A DNA stretch of 64,000 bases from Mobula hypostoma. Taxonomy: Eukaryota. The DNA lies in contig NC_086097.1 of assembly GCF_963921235.1 (NCBI RefSeq), forward strand, positions 5,332,001 to 5,396,000. Reading direction: 5' to 3'. Made by a program: the position numbers and the translations under genes. Numbering within the stretch: position 1 is the stretch's first letter; each line of letters starts with the position of its first letter. Below the pieces are notes generated by a model. The model saw only the letters and a list, made by a program, of their open reading frames with translations, was not told the origin of the DNA and searched no databases. This document shows positions 23,622 to 36,578 of the stretch, piece after piece.

Positions 23622-26130
23622 AGACCTCCTCTGGACTCTCTCCAATGACAACACATCCTTTCTGAGATATGGGCCCAAAACTGCTGACAATATTCCAAGT
23701 GCAGCTTGACTAGTCTCTTATAAAAACAGCATTATCTCCTTGCTTTTATATTCTACTCTGCTTGAAATAAATACCAACATTCAATCTGTGTTCTTTACAA
23801 CAGACTCAACCTTCTGATTTAATCTTCTGGGAGTCTTTCACGAGAACTCCAAAGTCCCTTTGCACCTCCGATGTTTGAATTTTCTCCCCATTTAGATAAT
23901 AGTCTGCACTATTGTTCTGTTTACCAAAATGCATTATCGTACATTTTCCAACACTGTATTCCATCTGACACTTTTTTGTCCATTCTTCCAATTTGTCTCA
24001 GACCTGCTGCCATCGCATTTCTTCCTCAGCACTACCTACCCCTCCACCTATCCTCCTCAGCACTACCTACCCTTCCACCTACCCTTGTATCATCCGCAAA
24101 CACTGAATTAAAGTCATCCATTCCATTATCTAAATCATTAACAAACAAGGTGAAAAGTAGTGGTCCCAATACTGACCCCTGAAGAATAGCAATAGTCACA
24201 GGCAGCCAGCCAGAAAAGGCCTCTTTCCTGTCAGCCATTCACCTATCCATGCCAATATCTTTCCTGTAATACCATAGCATTTTGTCTTGTTAAGCAGCCT
24301 TTTGAAAATCCAAGTAAATGACATCAACTGCCTCTTCTTTGTCCACCCTGCTGGTTACTTCTTCAAAGAACTCTAACAGATTTGTCAGACAAAATTTCCC
24401 TTTACAGAAACCATGCTGATTTTGACTTATATTATCATTAGTCTCTAATTACTTCGAAACCTCATCCTTGATAATAGACTCCAGCACTTTCCCAACCATT
24501 GAGATTAGGTTAACTGGCCTATGATTTCCTGTCATTTGCCTTCCTCCCTTCTTAAAGAGTGGAGTGACATTTGTAATCTTCCAGTCCTCTGAGGCCATGC
24601 CAGAATCAAGTTGATTCTTGAAAGATCTTGAGAAATGCATCTTTTATCTCTTCAGCAACCTCTCTCAGGACTCTGGGATGTAGTCCATCTGGTTCAGGTG
24701 ACTTATCCACCTGAAGACATTTGAGTTTGCCTAGCACTTTTTCTTTTGTAATAGCAATGGCACTCATGGACCTCTGGCAAACTGCTAGTGTCTTCCATAG
24801 TGGAGACTGATGCAAAGTACCCATTAAGTTAATCTTCACACATAGAAGTTGCTGGTGAACACAGCAGGCCAGGCAGCATCTCTAGGAAGAGGTACAGTTG
24901 ACGCTTCAGGCCGAGGAGGGTCTCGGCCTGAAACGTCGACTATACCTCTTCCTAGAGATGCTGCCTGGCCTGCTGCGTTCACCAGCAACTTTTATGTGTG
25001 TTGCTTGAAATTCCAGCATCTGCAGATTTCCTCGTGTTTGCATTAAGTTAATCTTCTATTTCTTTGTTCACAGTTACTACCTCAGCAACATCATTTTCCA
25101 ATAGCCCCATATCAGTATTCACCTCCCTTTTGCTCTTCATATAACTGAAAAAACATTTGGTATCCAGCTTTATCTTATTGGCTAGTCTGCCCTCCTATTG
25201 CATCTTTTCCTTTCTCATAGCTTTTTTAGTTGCCTTCTGATGGATTTTAAAAACTTCCCAATCATCCATTTTCCCACTGGCTTTTGCTGCCTTACATGCC
25301 CTTTCCTTGATATTTATGTAGTCCTCAACTTTTTCTGTCAGCCATGATTATCTAATCTTGCCATATGAGAACTACTTCTGTGGGAATTATTTATCCTGCA
25401 CTTTGTGAACTATTCCCAGAAACTTCAGCCACATCTGCTCTGCCATCATCCCTGCCAGTATCCTTCTCCAATCCATCTGGGCAAGCTCGTCTCATGCCTC
25501 TAATTCCCCCTATTCCATTGCGATACTGATACATGTGACTTGTGCTTCTCCCTCTCAAATTGCAGTATGAATTCAATCATACAATGATCACTGCCTCCTA
25601 ACAGTTCCTTTACATTAAGCTCCCTCATAAGAACTGAGTTATTACACAAAACCCAATCTAAGATAGCCTTTCCCCAAGTAAGCTCAAGCACAAACTGCTC
25701 TAAAAAACCATCTCTAACATTCAACAAATTCTCTCTTGCATTCTGACACCAAGCTGATATTCCCAATCCACTTCCATATTGAAGTGCCCAATTAAAATTG
25801 TGGCATTACCCATATTACATGCCTTTTCCCACTTCCTTTGCAATCTGAACCCTATATATACCTCCAAATAGTAGCCAAGATAATAACCATAAAGGATTTT
25901 TTACCCTTGCAATTTCTTAACTCCACCTACAAAGATTTAACATTCTCTATCAGTTACCTCTTTCTAAAGATGTAACTTCATCTCTTATCCACAGAGCCAC
26001 ACCACTGCCTATGCCTTCCTGCCTGTCCGATTGATACAAAGTAAACCCTTTGATGTTCAACTCCCAACTGTGACCTTCTTTCAGCCACGACTCAGTGATG
26101 CCCACAACGTTGTACCGACCAATCTCTAAC
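23622..26130 (-). mobile_element. CR1 ORF2 (EN to RT) fragment
   Basis: VGITESWL; ILDWVLCN..LGGSDH; KSPEPDGLHPRVL; QGSVLGPLLF..FADDT. Confidence 0.92.
24838..25040. mobile_element. Palindromic Penelope-terminus mini-insertion in CR1
   Basis: About 80-bp near-perfect inverted arms; 16-bp TSD CATTAAGTTAATCTTC at 24822-24837 and 25041-25056. Confidence 0.88.
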
Positions 26131-26157
26131 AGTAAGACAAACAGTCCATGCGCAGGG

Positions 26158-26363
26158 TATAGGGTAATGTGATCGGTGGGAATGTACATAATTCACAACC
26201 ACCAACATTGAGTTGGGATTCACTTTAAGAGGCTGGTCTGATGTGGTGTACAGTAATTACGTGATGTACTTTTACCACGCTTTGTGTTCAGTGTTTGGAT
26301 TACAATAAATGGGTTATGATTTTTCATCAATATAAAACGCTGGTTTATTTGCGGAAACCTACA
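26158..26363 (+). repeat. Gypsy LTR, same family as 14300-14512
   Basis: TATAGGGTAATG...AACCTACA; shared TGTACATAATTCACAACCAC and TTTGTGTTCAGTGTTTGGATTACAATAAA. Confidence 0.85.
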
Positions 26364-26410
26364 CCGGTGACTCCAGTGCTCTAGAATGCTTCCAGAGTTA
26401 TTGAACACAT

Positions 26411-26549
26411 CGGCTAAAGGGATCGGGGGTATGGAGGGAAGGCTGGTGCAGGGTTCTGAGTTGGATGATCAGCCATGATCATACTGAATGGCGGTGCAGG
26501 CTCAAAGGGCCGAATGGCCTACTCCTGCACCTATTTTCTATGTTTCTAA
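26411..26549 (+). mobile_element. CR1 3' tail
   Basis: GATCAGCCATGATCATACTGAATGG..GGGCCGAATGGCCTACTCCTGCACCTATTTTCTATG. Confidence 0.8.
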
Positions 26550-27099
26550 TGCAGTCGCTTTGAAACTCCTGTAAAAACACAGAGCTACAGAAGCTCCAAA
26601 GACACTGTCCCTGGGAGAAGAAGAATCTTTGATGGATTACACCTGGAGACAGCTTGAAGTGTTGGCCCAGACTTTGGTGAGCTGCTGTTTGTGTCCTATG
26701 CACCCGTGAGGTTGATAGGTTTAAGTAAGTAAGTTACTGTAGGAAACTGACATCTAACCTACCCACATGTATCAGAATTTTATATACTTCTATCATGTCA
26801 CTTCTCATCATCTTTGCTCCAAAGAAAACAAGCCAACCCTCCAAGCAACAATTTACAGATTAAAAAAAAAATAAATTTGCAAACACCAAATACAACAGAG
26901 CTTGGGATTCTAAAACAAAACTGGTAAATGTTAGATATATCTGGCTTGCCAGAAAGCATCTGTTGCAAAATTAAGACAAAGTGCCAATTTTGTCCTGTAG
27001 GGACAACAGAAACCAGTGGGGTCAGATTTCTACACGAGGTGTACACACAAGTGCTGAAGGAACTCAGCAGGTCAGACAGCAACTGTAGAGAGTTTTTTT

Positions 27100-28582
27100 T
27101 TCAAGTTTTTCAAGTTTATTGTCATTTCAACCTTAAGCTGCTGGTACAGTACACAGTAAAAATGAAACAATGTTCCTCCAGGAACCTGATGCTACATGAA
27201 ACATGACAAAACTACTCTGGACTATGTGAGACAGTACAAGGCTACACTAGACTACGTAAGACAACATAAAAGCTACACTAGACTACAGACCTGCACAGGA
27301 CTACATAAAGTGCACAAAACAGTGCAAGGCAGTACAATAATTAATAAACAAGACAATAAACACAGTAGAGGACAAATTACAACATAATAATAAATGATGT
27401 AGATGTCAGTCTAGACTCTGAGTATTGAGGAGTCTGATGGATTGGAGGAAGAACCTCTTGCACAGTCTGGTCGTGAGAGCCTGAATGCTTCGGTGCCTTT
27501 TGCCAAATGGCAGGAGGGAGAAGAGTTTGTATGAGGGGTGCGTGGGGTCCTTCACAATGCTGTTTGCTTTGCGGGTGCAGTGTGTGGTGCAAATGTCTGT
27601 AATGGCGGGAAGAGAGACCCTGATGATCTTCTCAGCTGACCTCACTATCTGCTGCAGGGTCTTGTGATCCGAGATGGTGCAATTTCTGAACCAGGCAGTG
27701 ATGCAGCTGCTCAGGATGCTCTCAATACAACCTCTGTAGAATGTGGTGAGGATGGGGGGGGTGGGAGATGGACTTTTCTCAGCCTTTGCAGGAAGTAGAG
27801 ATGCTGCTGTTCTTTCTTTGCTATGGAGCTGGTGTTGAGGGACCAGGTGAGATTCTTCGCCAGGTGAACACCAAGGAATTTGGTGCCCTTAACGATCTCA
27901 ACAGAGGAGTCATCAATGTTCAGCGGAGAGTGGTCGCTCCGTGTCCTCCTGAAGTCAACAACCATCTCTTTTGTTTTGTTTACATTCAGAGACAGGTTGT
28001 TGGCTCTGCACCAGACCGTTAGCCGCTGCACCTCCTCTCTGTATGCTGACGCGTCGTTCTTGCTGATGAGACCCACTACGGTGTGTTATCAGCGAACTTG
28101 ATGATGTGGTTCAAGCTGTGTGTTGCAGCACAGTCGTGGGTCAGCAGAGTGAACAGCAGTGGACTGAGCACACAGCCCTGGGGGGCCCCCATGCTCAGTG
28201 TGATGGTGTTGGAGATGCTGCTCTCGATCCGGACTGACTGAGGTCTCCCATTCAGGAAGTCTAGGATGCAGTTGCAGAGGGAGGTGTTCAGGCCCAGCAG
28301 TTTCAGCTTTCCAACCAGGTGCTGAGGAATCATTGTGTTGAATGCTGAACTGAAGTCTATGAACAACATTCGAATGTACGTGTCTTTTTTGTCCAGGTGG
28401 GTGAGGGCCAGGTGGAGGGTGGTGGCAATGGTGTCATCTGTTGAGCAGATGGGATGATATGTGAACTGGGGGTCCAGTGAGAGGGGTAGCAGGGTCTTTG
28501 TGCCTCATGATGAGCCTCTCGGAACATGTCATGATGATGGATGTGAGAGCAACGGGATGGTAGTCGTTGAGACAGGACATTG
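27100..28582 (-). mobile_element. Rex1/Babar RT to 3' end
   Basis: [62 protein letters not shown]. Confidence 0.92.
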
Positions 28583-29084
28583 AGTGACAGGAAATTGGGT
28601 GTTGATATTTCAGGTCAAGGCCCTTGGAAAAAGGGTCCAAATGATCTCCATTTAAGATGTTGATTATCTATTTTCCTCTGCTGAACTGTTGAGTTCCTCC
28701 AGTGCTTTGTGTGTTGCTCCAGATTCCAGCATCTGCAGCCTTTTGTAGGTCCAGACTGGATATTTTAACAGTCATTAGAATTGCAAAAGGTTAGGATGTC
28801 ATCAGTTGTAACCAAAACATTTCAGAGGAGAGGGAGGAGATGAAGAAAGGATGATAAGAATTAAAGATGTTATTTCAAAAGTAGTATCAAGCTCTTGAGT
28901 CATGATGAAGGGTCTCAGACTGAAATGTTCACTACTCTTTTCCATAGATAGTGCCTGTCCTGTTGAGTCCCTCCAGAATTTTGAGTGTGTTGCTTGGATT
29001 TCCAGCATCTGCAGATTTATTTTTGTTAGTGATCAAGCTGTTGAGACATTTTAAAAATCCAATTTATTTGGATTTATTTAAAGG

Positions 29085-29335
29085 TGCAGGCAACGAGCCG
29101 TGTTGCCCAGCAACTCACCTATTTAATGCTAGCCTCATCATGGGAAAATTTACTATGACAATTTAACCTACTAACTAGTACATCTTTGGACTGTGGGAGG
29201 AACTGGTGCACCTGGAGAAAACCCATGCAGTTCACAGGGAGAAGGTACAATCTTCTTACAGATGGGGCCAGACTTGAACAACAAACTCTGTCACCCTGGG
29301 CTGTAATAGCGTTGCACTAACTATTACGCTACTGT
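29085..29335 (-). mobile_element. V-SINE (HE1-like)
   Basis: TCTTTGGACTGTGGGAGGAACTGGTGCACCTGGAGAAAACCCATGCA core. Confidence 0.78.
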
Positions 29336-29537
29336 AATTTACAAACCTATACGTCTATGGGATCAGGACCGAGAGATGAGCTGTGGACACCTGAGGAGCT
29401 GACACTCATAATGATTGATAACCAGGGATACGAGCTGCAGAGATCACTTAGCTACCTAGTTGGCTAGGAGACAATGGAGACTATTGGCCGGGCCACCATG
29501 ACAGCCAACCAATCAGAACAACGAGTTGGACAAATAT

Positions 29538-29895
29538 CAAGACCATAAGATATAGGAGCAGAATTAGGCCATTTGGCTCAAGTCTACTCTGCCAGTTCAT
29601 CATGGCAGATCCAATTTTCCTCTCACTTCCAATCTCCTGCCTTCTCCCTGTATCCCTTTATGCCCTGAAGAATCAAGCATCAATCAACCTCTGCCTTAAC
29701 TATGCATAAAGATTTGGCCTCCACAGCCACCTGTGGCAATGAATTCCATAGATTCATCACTCTCTAGCTGAAGAAATTCTTCCTCATCTGTTCTAAAAGG
29801 ACACCCCTCTATTCTGAGGCTGTGTCCACTGGTCCAAGACTCCCCACCATAGGAAACATCCTCTCCATATCCACTTTATCGAAGCCTTTCAAAGC
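29538..29895 (-). mobile_element. CR1 3' end
   Basis: AAGACCATAAGATATAGGAGCAGAATTAGGCC tail read on +. Confidence 0.85.
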
Positions 29896-29907
29896 ACTCA
29901 GTGTAAA

Positions 29908-31090
29908 GTGCACTCAATTGAATGTAGTGTATATGGATTTCAGTAAGGCAATTGATACTGTTCCCCATACGAGGCTCATTCAGAAAGTAAAGGGCATGGG
30001 ATCCAAGGAGACTTGTTTTGTGGATCCAGAATTGGACTGACCACAGAAGGTAAAGGGTGACTATGGACGGTGACCAGTGGTGTTCCATAAGAATCTGTTC
30101 TCGGACCCCTTCTCTTTGTGATTTTTATAAGTGACCTGGATTAGGAAGTAGAAGGGTGGGTTAGTAAGTTTGCTGATGACACAAAAGTCGGTGGGGGCAG
30201 GTGTTGTGGATAGTCTGGATGGTTGTCAGAGGTTACAATGCAACATCGATAAGATGCAGAACTGGGCGGAGAAGTGGCAGATGGAGTTCAACTCAGGTAA
30301 ATGTGAAGTGGTTCATTTTGGTAGGTAAAATTTGAAGACAGAATATAGTATTAATGGTAAGACTCTTGGCAGTGTGAGGATCAATGAGATCTTGAGGTCC
30401 ATGTCCATGGGACACTCAAAGCTGCTGCGTGGGTTGACAGTGTTGTTAAGAAGGCATGTGGTGTGTTGGCCTTCATCAACGGTGGGATTGAGTTCAAGAG
30501 CTGAGAGGTAATGTTCCAGTTGTATAAGGTCTTAGTTATGCCCCACTTGGAGTATTGTGTTCAGTTCTGGTCACCTCATTACAGGAAGGATGTGGATACT
30601 ATAGAGAGAGTGCAGAGGAGATTTACAAGGATGTTCCCTGGATTGGAGAGTATGCCATATAAGAATAGGGCGAGTGAACTTAGCTCTTCCTCCTTGGAGT
30701 GACAGAGCATAAGTAGTGATCTGTTAGAGGCATATAAGATGATGAGAGGCATTGATTGTGCGGTTAGCCAGAGGCTTTTTCCCAGGTTGAAATGGCTAAA
30801 ATGAGGGGCCATAGTTTTAAGGTGCTTGAAGGTAGGTATAAAGGGGGATATCAAAGGTAAGTTTTTTACAGTGGTGGGTGCATGGAATGCACTGCCACCA
30901 AAGGTGGTAGAGGTGGATACAATAGGGTCTTTTAAGAGACTCTTAGGTAAATGGAGCTTAGAGAAATGGAGTGCTATGCGGTAGGGAAATTCTAGGCAGC
31001 TTTGAGAGTTGGTTACATGATCAGCACAACATTGTGGGCTGAAGGGCCTGTAATGTACTGTAGATTTTCTTTGTTCAATGTTTTATGTTC
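29908..31090 (+). mobile_element. CR1 RT to 3' end
   Basis: VVYMDFSKA; AAGTTTGCTGATGAC (KFADD); LYKVLVMPHLEYCVQFWSP. Confidence 0.9.
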
Positions 31091-31540
31091 AATTGTGCTT
31101 TTATGATATTACTTAGACTGGTGCTGAAACATTTGTGGCCTAACCTCCAGGCTCTGTGAACAACGCTACCCTGATGCCCCCATGCACTGATGTCTTTTAA
31201 AAAAGGAAACATGCCATCTCCAACTAGACTGGTCAATAGGTGATTTGAATCCAACACTAATGCGCTGACTAAAGCCATCTGAACAGGATGGTGAGATAAA
31301 TAACATTCCTGCCCAGATAAATAAATAAACCAATCCTGAAGTCATATCCATGGATATGAACTGGACTTGGGATCCTCCCAAGTCAATTGTTTTAGACAAA
31401 TAGCAGCAAGCATTTAATATCTTCTGCACTAATCCTCCTGCCTCACATAAACAATCCTAAAAATTGTGCAAAGTGGAGCTTGCATATAATAGTTAAATGG
31501 GCTTCAAAAATCCCAGAACCCTTTCACAGCACCAGATCTG

Positions 31541-31636
31541 TCTTAATGAAGGGCCTTGGCCTGAAACGTTGACTGGTTATTCATTTCCATAGATGCTGCC
31601 TGACCTGCTGTGTTCCTCCAGCATTTTTTGTGTGTT
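31541..31636 (+). mobile_element. Penelope terminal-repeat mini-insertion
   Basis: TAATGAAGGGCCTTGGCCTGAAACGTTGAC; GCACCAGATCTG repeated at 31529-31540 and 31637-31648. Confidence 0.72.
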
Positions 31637-32599
31637 GCACCAGATCTGACATTTATTTTTGACAACCTGGTGAAAAATTGATCAGTTGCTGTGAATATTT
31701 AAGAGTTCGTAAATATGCATATACATAAAAAATTATAATTTCTGTAGAACTTAAGGTAATTCTAATAAGCTGTTGATTCATGGATGTTAAAAGCAGCTTA
31801 TGTTCTAAATGTCATTTTCTTTATAGTTTTATTTTCTTTTTAGTTTTATAGTTTTATATGTTACTTCATTGTAAATTGCAGCCTCGACATCAAAGGTGGA
31901 TAAAGAGGATCACTCATTCATGGATCTATTTGTTTCTTCTTACTGAGGTGAACATATTGCAAATCTTAAAGTAAATTAATAATTTGTGCAGGAAGAACTC
32001 TGGTGCTGAAGAATGTGAATCGTTTTATGGAATAGCTTTCTGAAGAAGCGTGAGAAAAAGAATAGAGGGGCGAGAGGGGAACCAGAATGGTCAGTGATGT
32101 TCCTCTGCCTAATAGGTTCTGTGACCAAGATTGGTTCTGAACTTTGGTGTTATCTGTCTGAGTTTGAATCTTCTCCTTGTGCATGTGAAGAATGCCCACA
32201 GGTGCTCCATTTTCCTCCCACAACCCATGGCTTGACAGCTAATCAGTGAATTGGTCACTGTAAAATGCCCCATGTATATGAGTGATAGGAGAATTAAGGG
32301 CAGTTGAATGGAATTATTGAAGGGAAATAGATTGATCTGAAAGTCATCATTATCCATGGCCATGGACCCCGACCACCCAGGTCATGGTCTCCACTTGATG
32401 CTGCCGCCTGGAAGAAGATACGAGAGCCTCAGGACCCACACCATCAGCATGGACAGATAAACAAAAAGTGGCATATATATCAGGCAAAGACCATCCCTGA
32501 CATGAGAGAGTTTAACAATAGTTTATGCTGTTACCATTACTATCGCCAAGATGCCACAGTATCTCAGGGATCACAACTGACCAGAAACAGGACTGGGCC

Positions 32600-33025
32600 A
32601 ACCAGATACAAATTGTGAGACAAGGTTGGACAAATGTGGGTTGTTTTCTCTGGAGAAGCGTAGGCTAAGAGGAGCTCTGATAGAGTTTTGCAAGATTGAG
32701 AGGCATAGATAGAGTAGACATCCTTTTTCCCAGGATTGAAATGTCTAATACCAGAGGACATTCATTTAAGGTGAGAGGGGGTAGGTGCAAAAGAGATGAG
32801 AGGGCAAGATTTTTTACAGAGTGGTGGATGTCTGGAATGCACTGCCTAGGGTGGTGGTAGAAGCAGAGAGATTAGGGACTTTCAAGAGACATTTGGATAG
32901 GAAAATAGATGGACATTGTGTAGGCAGAAGGGATTGGTTTAGTTGGCCATTTGGTTGCTAATTTAATTGGTTTGGCACAGCATTGTAAGCTGAAGGGCCT
33001 GTTCCAGTGCTCTATGGTTCCATGT
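32600..33025 (+). mobile_element. Old CR1 3' end
   Basis: TTTTTACAGAGTGGTGGATGTCTGGAATGCACTGCC; CTGAAGGGCCTGTTCC tail. Confidence 0.75.
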
Positions 33026-33469
33026 GATTATTGTGTCCGTGTAACTACATATCGATTAAATAAAAGCACACACACAGGGGATAGCTTGAACTGGTGTATT
33101 CACATTGCAGCGAGAGACAGATATCAATATGCAGACATAGAAAACAGATGAATAAGTAGTGCTAAGAGGGAGTCATTGCTCTGAAAGCAATAGATCCAGA
33201 CATTACTGTCATGACAACAGTAAGTCAGAGGCTAGCAAACTGGCAGTGGCTTTAATTCTTCTCATTGTCACAAACCTTTCCACTATCTTCAAGCCATAGG
33301 TTAGGACCACAGTGGAATACTCAATAACTTGCTTGAAAAGGACAACTCCTGTAAAAAAATTTTAAGTTCAATATCATCTGGTACAAAGTAGCCCGCTTGA
33401 TTGACACTCTGTTCAGCTCTCTTCACATTCATGTTCACTGCTAATAGTGCACAAGGCTACAATGTGTAT

Positions 33470-34695
33470 GTCAACGGAGTCTCTCGCATTTTTCTACAGA
33501 CGTAATGTAGAGAGCATTCTAACTGGTGACATCACTGTCTGATATGGAGGGCCACAGCAAAGGATCATAAAAAGCTGCAGGAAGTTGTAAACTCAGTCAG
33601 CTTTGTTACAGGCACAAGCTTCCCAGCATCAAGGATGTCTTGAAAAGGTGATGCCTCAGAAAGACTGCATCCATCATTAAGGACCCCCATCACCCAGGAC
33701 ATGCCATCTTCTCATTGCTGCCATCAAGGAGGAGGTACAGGAGCATGAAGATACACTAAGTGGGAGGTGAAGATGGCGGCGCGACACAGCTCGCAGCGGC
33801 CACTCCGAAGGTGATATCTGTTATCTGTCAAGTAGGATGTCGTGCACAATTGTGATTTGATGGAGACAGATGTGAGAGCTCGGAGGAACATCTGGTGAAA
33901 CTTCTGAAATACCTGCTTTGCTGCCGCTGCTACTGTGTGATCCAGAATCTCCAGAGGAGAAGGCCCAGAGTCCTCGGCTTTGCTTGTTGCTCAGCGGCTG
34001 GGGCGGGGTCGAAGCGCTCGGCAGAGGATGGCGCTCGGTGCTTGGTGTTGGAGGGCTGGTCGGAGGCTTGAAGTTTTCGGAGGGACTCAGAGTCAGCTGC
34101 AGTTGGGAGCTCCCAATGGTGCAGCATCGGTAAGTTTGAGGCAGTTGGAGGTTCGTGGCAGGGAGAGTTTCTCCCTTCTACCATCTGCATGAGATGATGA
34201 GGCTATCGGAACTTTGAGACTTTTTTCTAGCGTGCCCATGGTTTGCTCTTTCTCAAATTACGGTATTGCTTTGCACTGTTGTAACTATATGTTATAATTA
34301 TGTGGTTTTGTCAGTTTTAGTTTTGGTTTGTCTTGTGTTGTGTTGTCTTGTGTTGTGATATCACTCTGGAGGTACATTGTATCATTTTTTAATGCATGCA
34401 TTTCTAAATGACAATAAAAGAGGACTGAGTGTCCTCATAATCTAATCTAATCTAATCTAATAATTGTTTTAGGAACAAACTCATCACCTCCAACATCAGA
34501 TTTCTGAATGGACAGTGAACAAAGTACACTACCTCAATTTATTTTGCTCTCTTTTAGCACTACTTACAGTATTTAACTTCATTTTGCATATTCCTTATTG
34601 TAAATTGTAGTTTTTATGTATCGCATTGTACTTCTGATGCAAATCAATAAATTTCATGATGTATGCCAGTGATTTTAAACCTGATTCTGATTTCA
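33470..34695 (+). mobile_element. Rex1/Babar 3' end, interrupted at 33760-34460
   Basis: GAGAGCATTCTAACTGG..CATTAAGGACCCCCATCACCCAGGACATG..GGAGGTACAGGAGC; AAACCTGATTCTGATT tail. Confidence 0.8.
33760..34460 (+). mobile_element. CpG-rich non-autonomous retroposon with (TCTAA)n tail
   Basis: Starts GTGGGAGGTGAAGATGGCGGCG; ends ATGACAATAAA..(TCTAA)4; host Rex1 resumes afterwards. Confidence 0.75.
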
Positions 34696-35304
34696 AAATT
34701 CTAGTTTGTTTAATGTAATTTCCAGGACACAAGTGCAAAGGAGAACAAAATAATTGTTACTGTAGATCCAATGTAGCACAAAAAGACACAATAAGATATA
34801 GAACACAATAATAAAAAGCACAATAAATATAACTACTTAGTTAACTGATTGTACATCCATAAAGTGACACTGGCACAGGAGTGTCTGCACATAAAGTGAC
34901 TCTGACAGGAAATGATAATGTAGTGGTAGTTGGGGATACGGTGGGGTAGATTAGTGGGTGGAGGTGTTGATCAGCCGTACTGCTTGGGGAAAGTATCTTG
35001 AAAATTATGTTTATGGTCGGCACCAAGGTTATACCTGCAGCATCTCCCTCACCTGTGATCTCCACGGCCAAGGAGAGTAAGGGGGCAGGCCAATGGGAAC
35101 ATTGTTATCTGCAGATTCCTCTCCAAGCTGCATGGCATCCTGATGTGGAAATGAATTGCCTGTACTTTCTCATCCCAGGGTCACAGGAGTAACTTAACCC
35201 AAAGGACTGCAGTGGTTCAAGAAACTCGGACAAGTAACGATGGAAATGAGGGTTCTCCCTGCCAGCAATGCTCTCACAATAGAAAATGCAACAAATTAGA
35301 AATA

Positions 35305-36320
35305 GAACTATGGAAACATAGAAAACCTACAGCACAATACAGGCCCTTTGGCCCACAATGGTGTGCCAAACACGTACTTACTTTAGAAATTACCTGGGGT
35401 TACCCATAGCCCTCTATTTTTCTAAGCTCCATGTACCTATCCAGGAGTCTCTTAAAAGACCCTATCATTTCCGCCTCCACCACCACCGCCAGCAGCCCAT
35501 TCCACACACTCACCACTCTCGGTGTAAAAAAAAAAAAAAAAAAATAAATTTTTTTTAAAAAAATAAATAAATAAAAAACCTACCCCTGACATCTCCTCTG
35601 TACCTACTTCCAAGCACCTTAAAACTGTGCCCTCTCGTGTTAGCCATTTCAGCCCTGGGGAAAAGCCTCTGACTATTCACACAATCAATGCCTCTCATCA
35701 TCTTATACACCTCTATCAGGCCACCTCTCATCCTCTGTCGCTCCAAGGAGAAAAGGCTGAGTTCACTCAACCTATTCCCATAAGGTATGCTCCCCAATCC
35801 AGGCAGCATCCTTGTAAGTCTCCTCTGCACCCTTTCTATGGTTTCCACATCCTTCCTATAGTGAGGTGACCAGAACTGAGCACAGTACTCCAAGTGGGGT
35901 CTGAACAGGGTCCTATATAGCCGTTAACATTTTCTCCCAGCTCCTGAACTCAATCCCATGGTTGTTGAAGGCCAATACACCGTATGCCTTCTTAACCACA
36001 GAGTCAACCTGCGCAGTAGCTTTGAGCGTCCTATGGACTCGGACCCAAAGATCCCTCTGATCCTCCACACTGCCAAGAGTCTTACCATTAATATGATATT
36101 CTGCCATCATATTTGACCTACCAAAATGAACCACTTCACACTTATCTGGGTTGAACTCCATCTGTCACTTCTCAGCCCAGTTTTGCTCCTATCAATTACC
36201 ACTGTAACCTCTGACAGCCCTCCACACTATCCACAACATCTCCAAACTTTGTGTCATCAGCAAATTTACTAACACATTCCTCCACTTCTTCATCCAGGTC
36301 ATTTATAAAAATCACAAAAA
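35305..36320 (-). mobile_element. CR1 RT to 3' end
   Basis: MEFNPDKCEVVHFG..QRDL; EYCAQFWSPHYRKD..TRGHSFK. Confidence 0.92.
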
Positions 36321-36578
36321 TAAAGATGACTTCTCAGCATTCAGCTTGTCAATCTTTCTCAGAGTCATTGCAACGAAGCACTGCAGATGCAAATCTTTCA
36401 GTATCTTGAAAAGGGCACCACCCCACCCTTCTAAACATCAGTGAGGAGGCACCCATTCTATTCGATTGGAATTAGCTGTTACCAAGATACATGTTCAAAT
36501 ACTGAGGTGTAATTTCAAACTATACTCATTCAATGATTCCTTCTTCACTAGGATCAACCTAAGGATCCTTTATTGCAC

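Noticed and set aside
24023..24084. 31-bp tandem duplication beside the CR1 FADD motif
   Set aside because: It is real but is an ordinary slippage duplication in a dead element.
31860..31955. Possible small + strand exon (TTGCAG...GAG/GTGAAC)
   Set aside because: The donor is weak, two frames contain stops, the third gives no recognisable peptide, and no partner exons were found.
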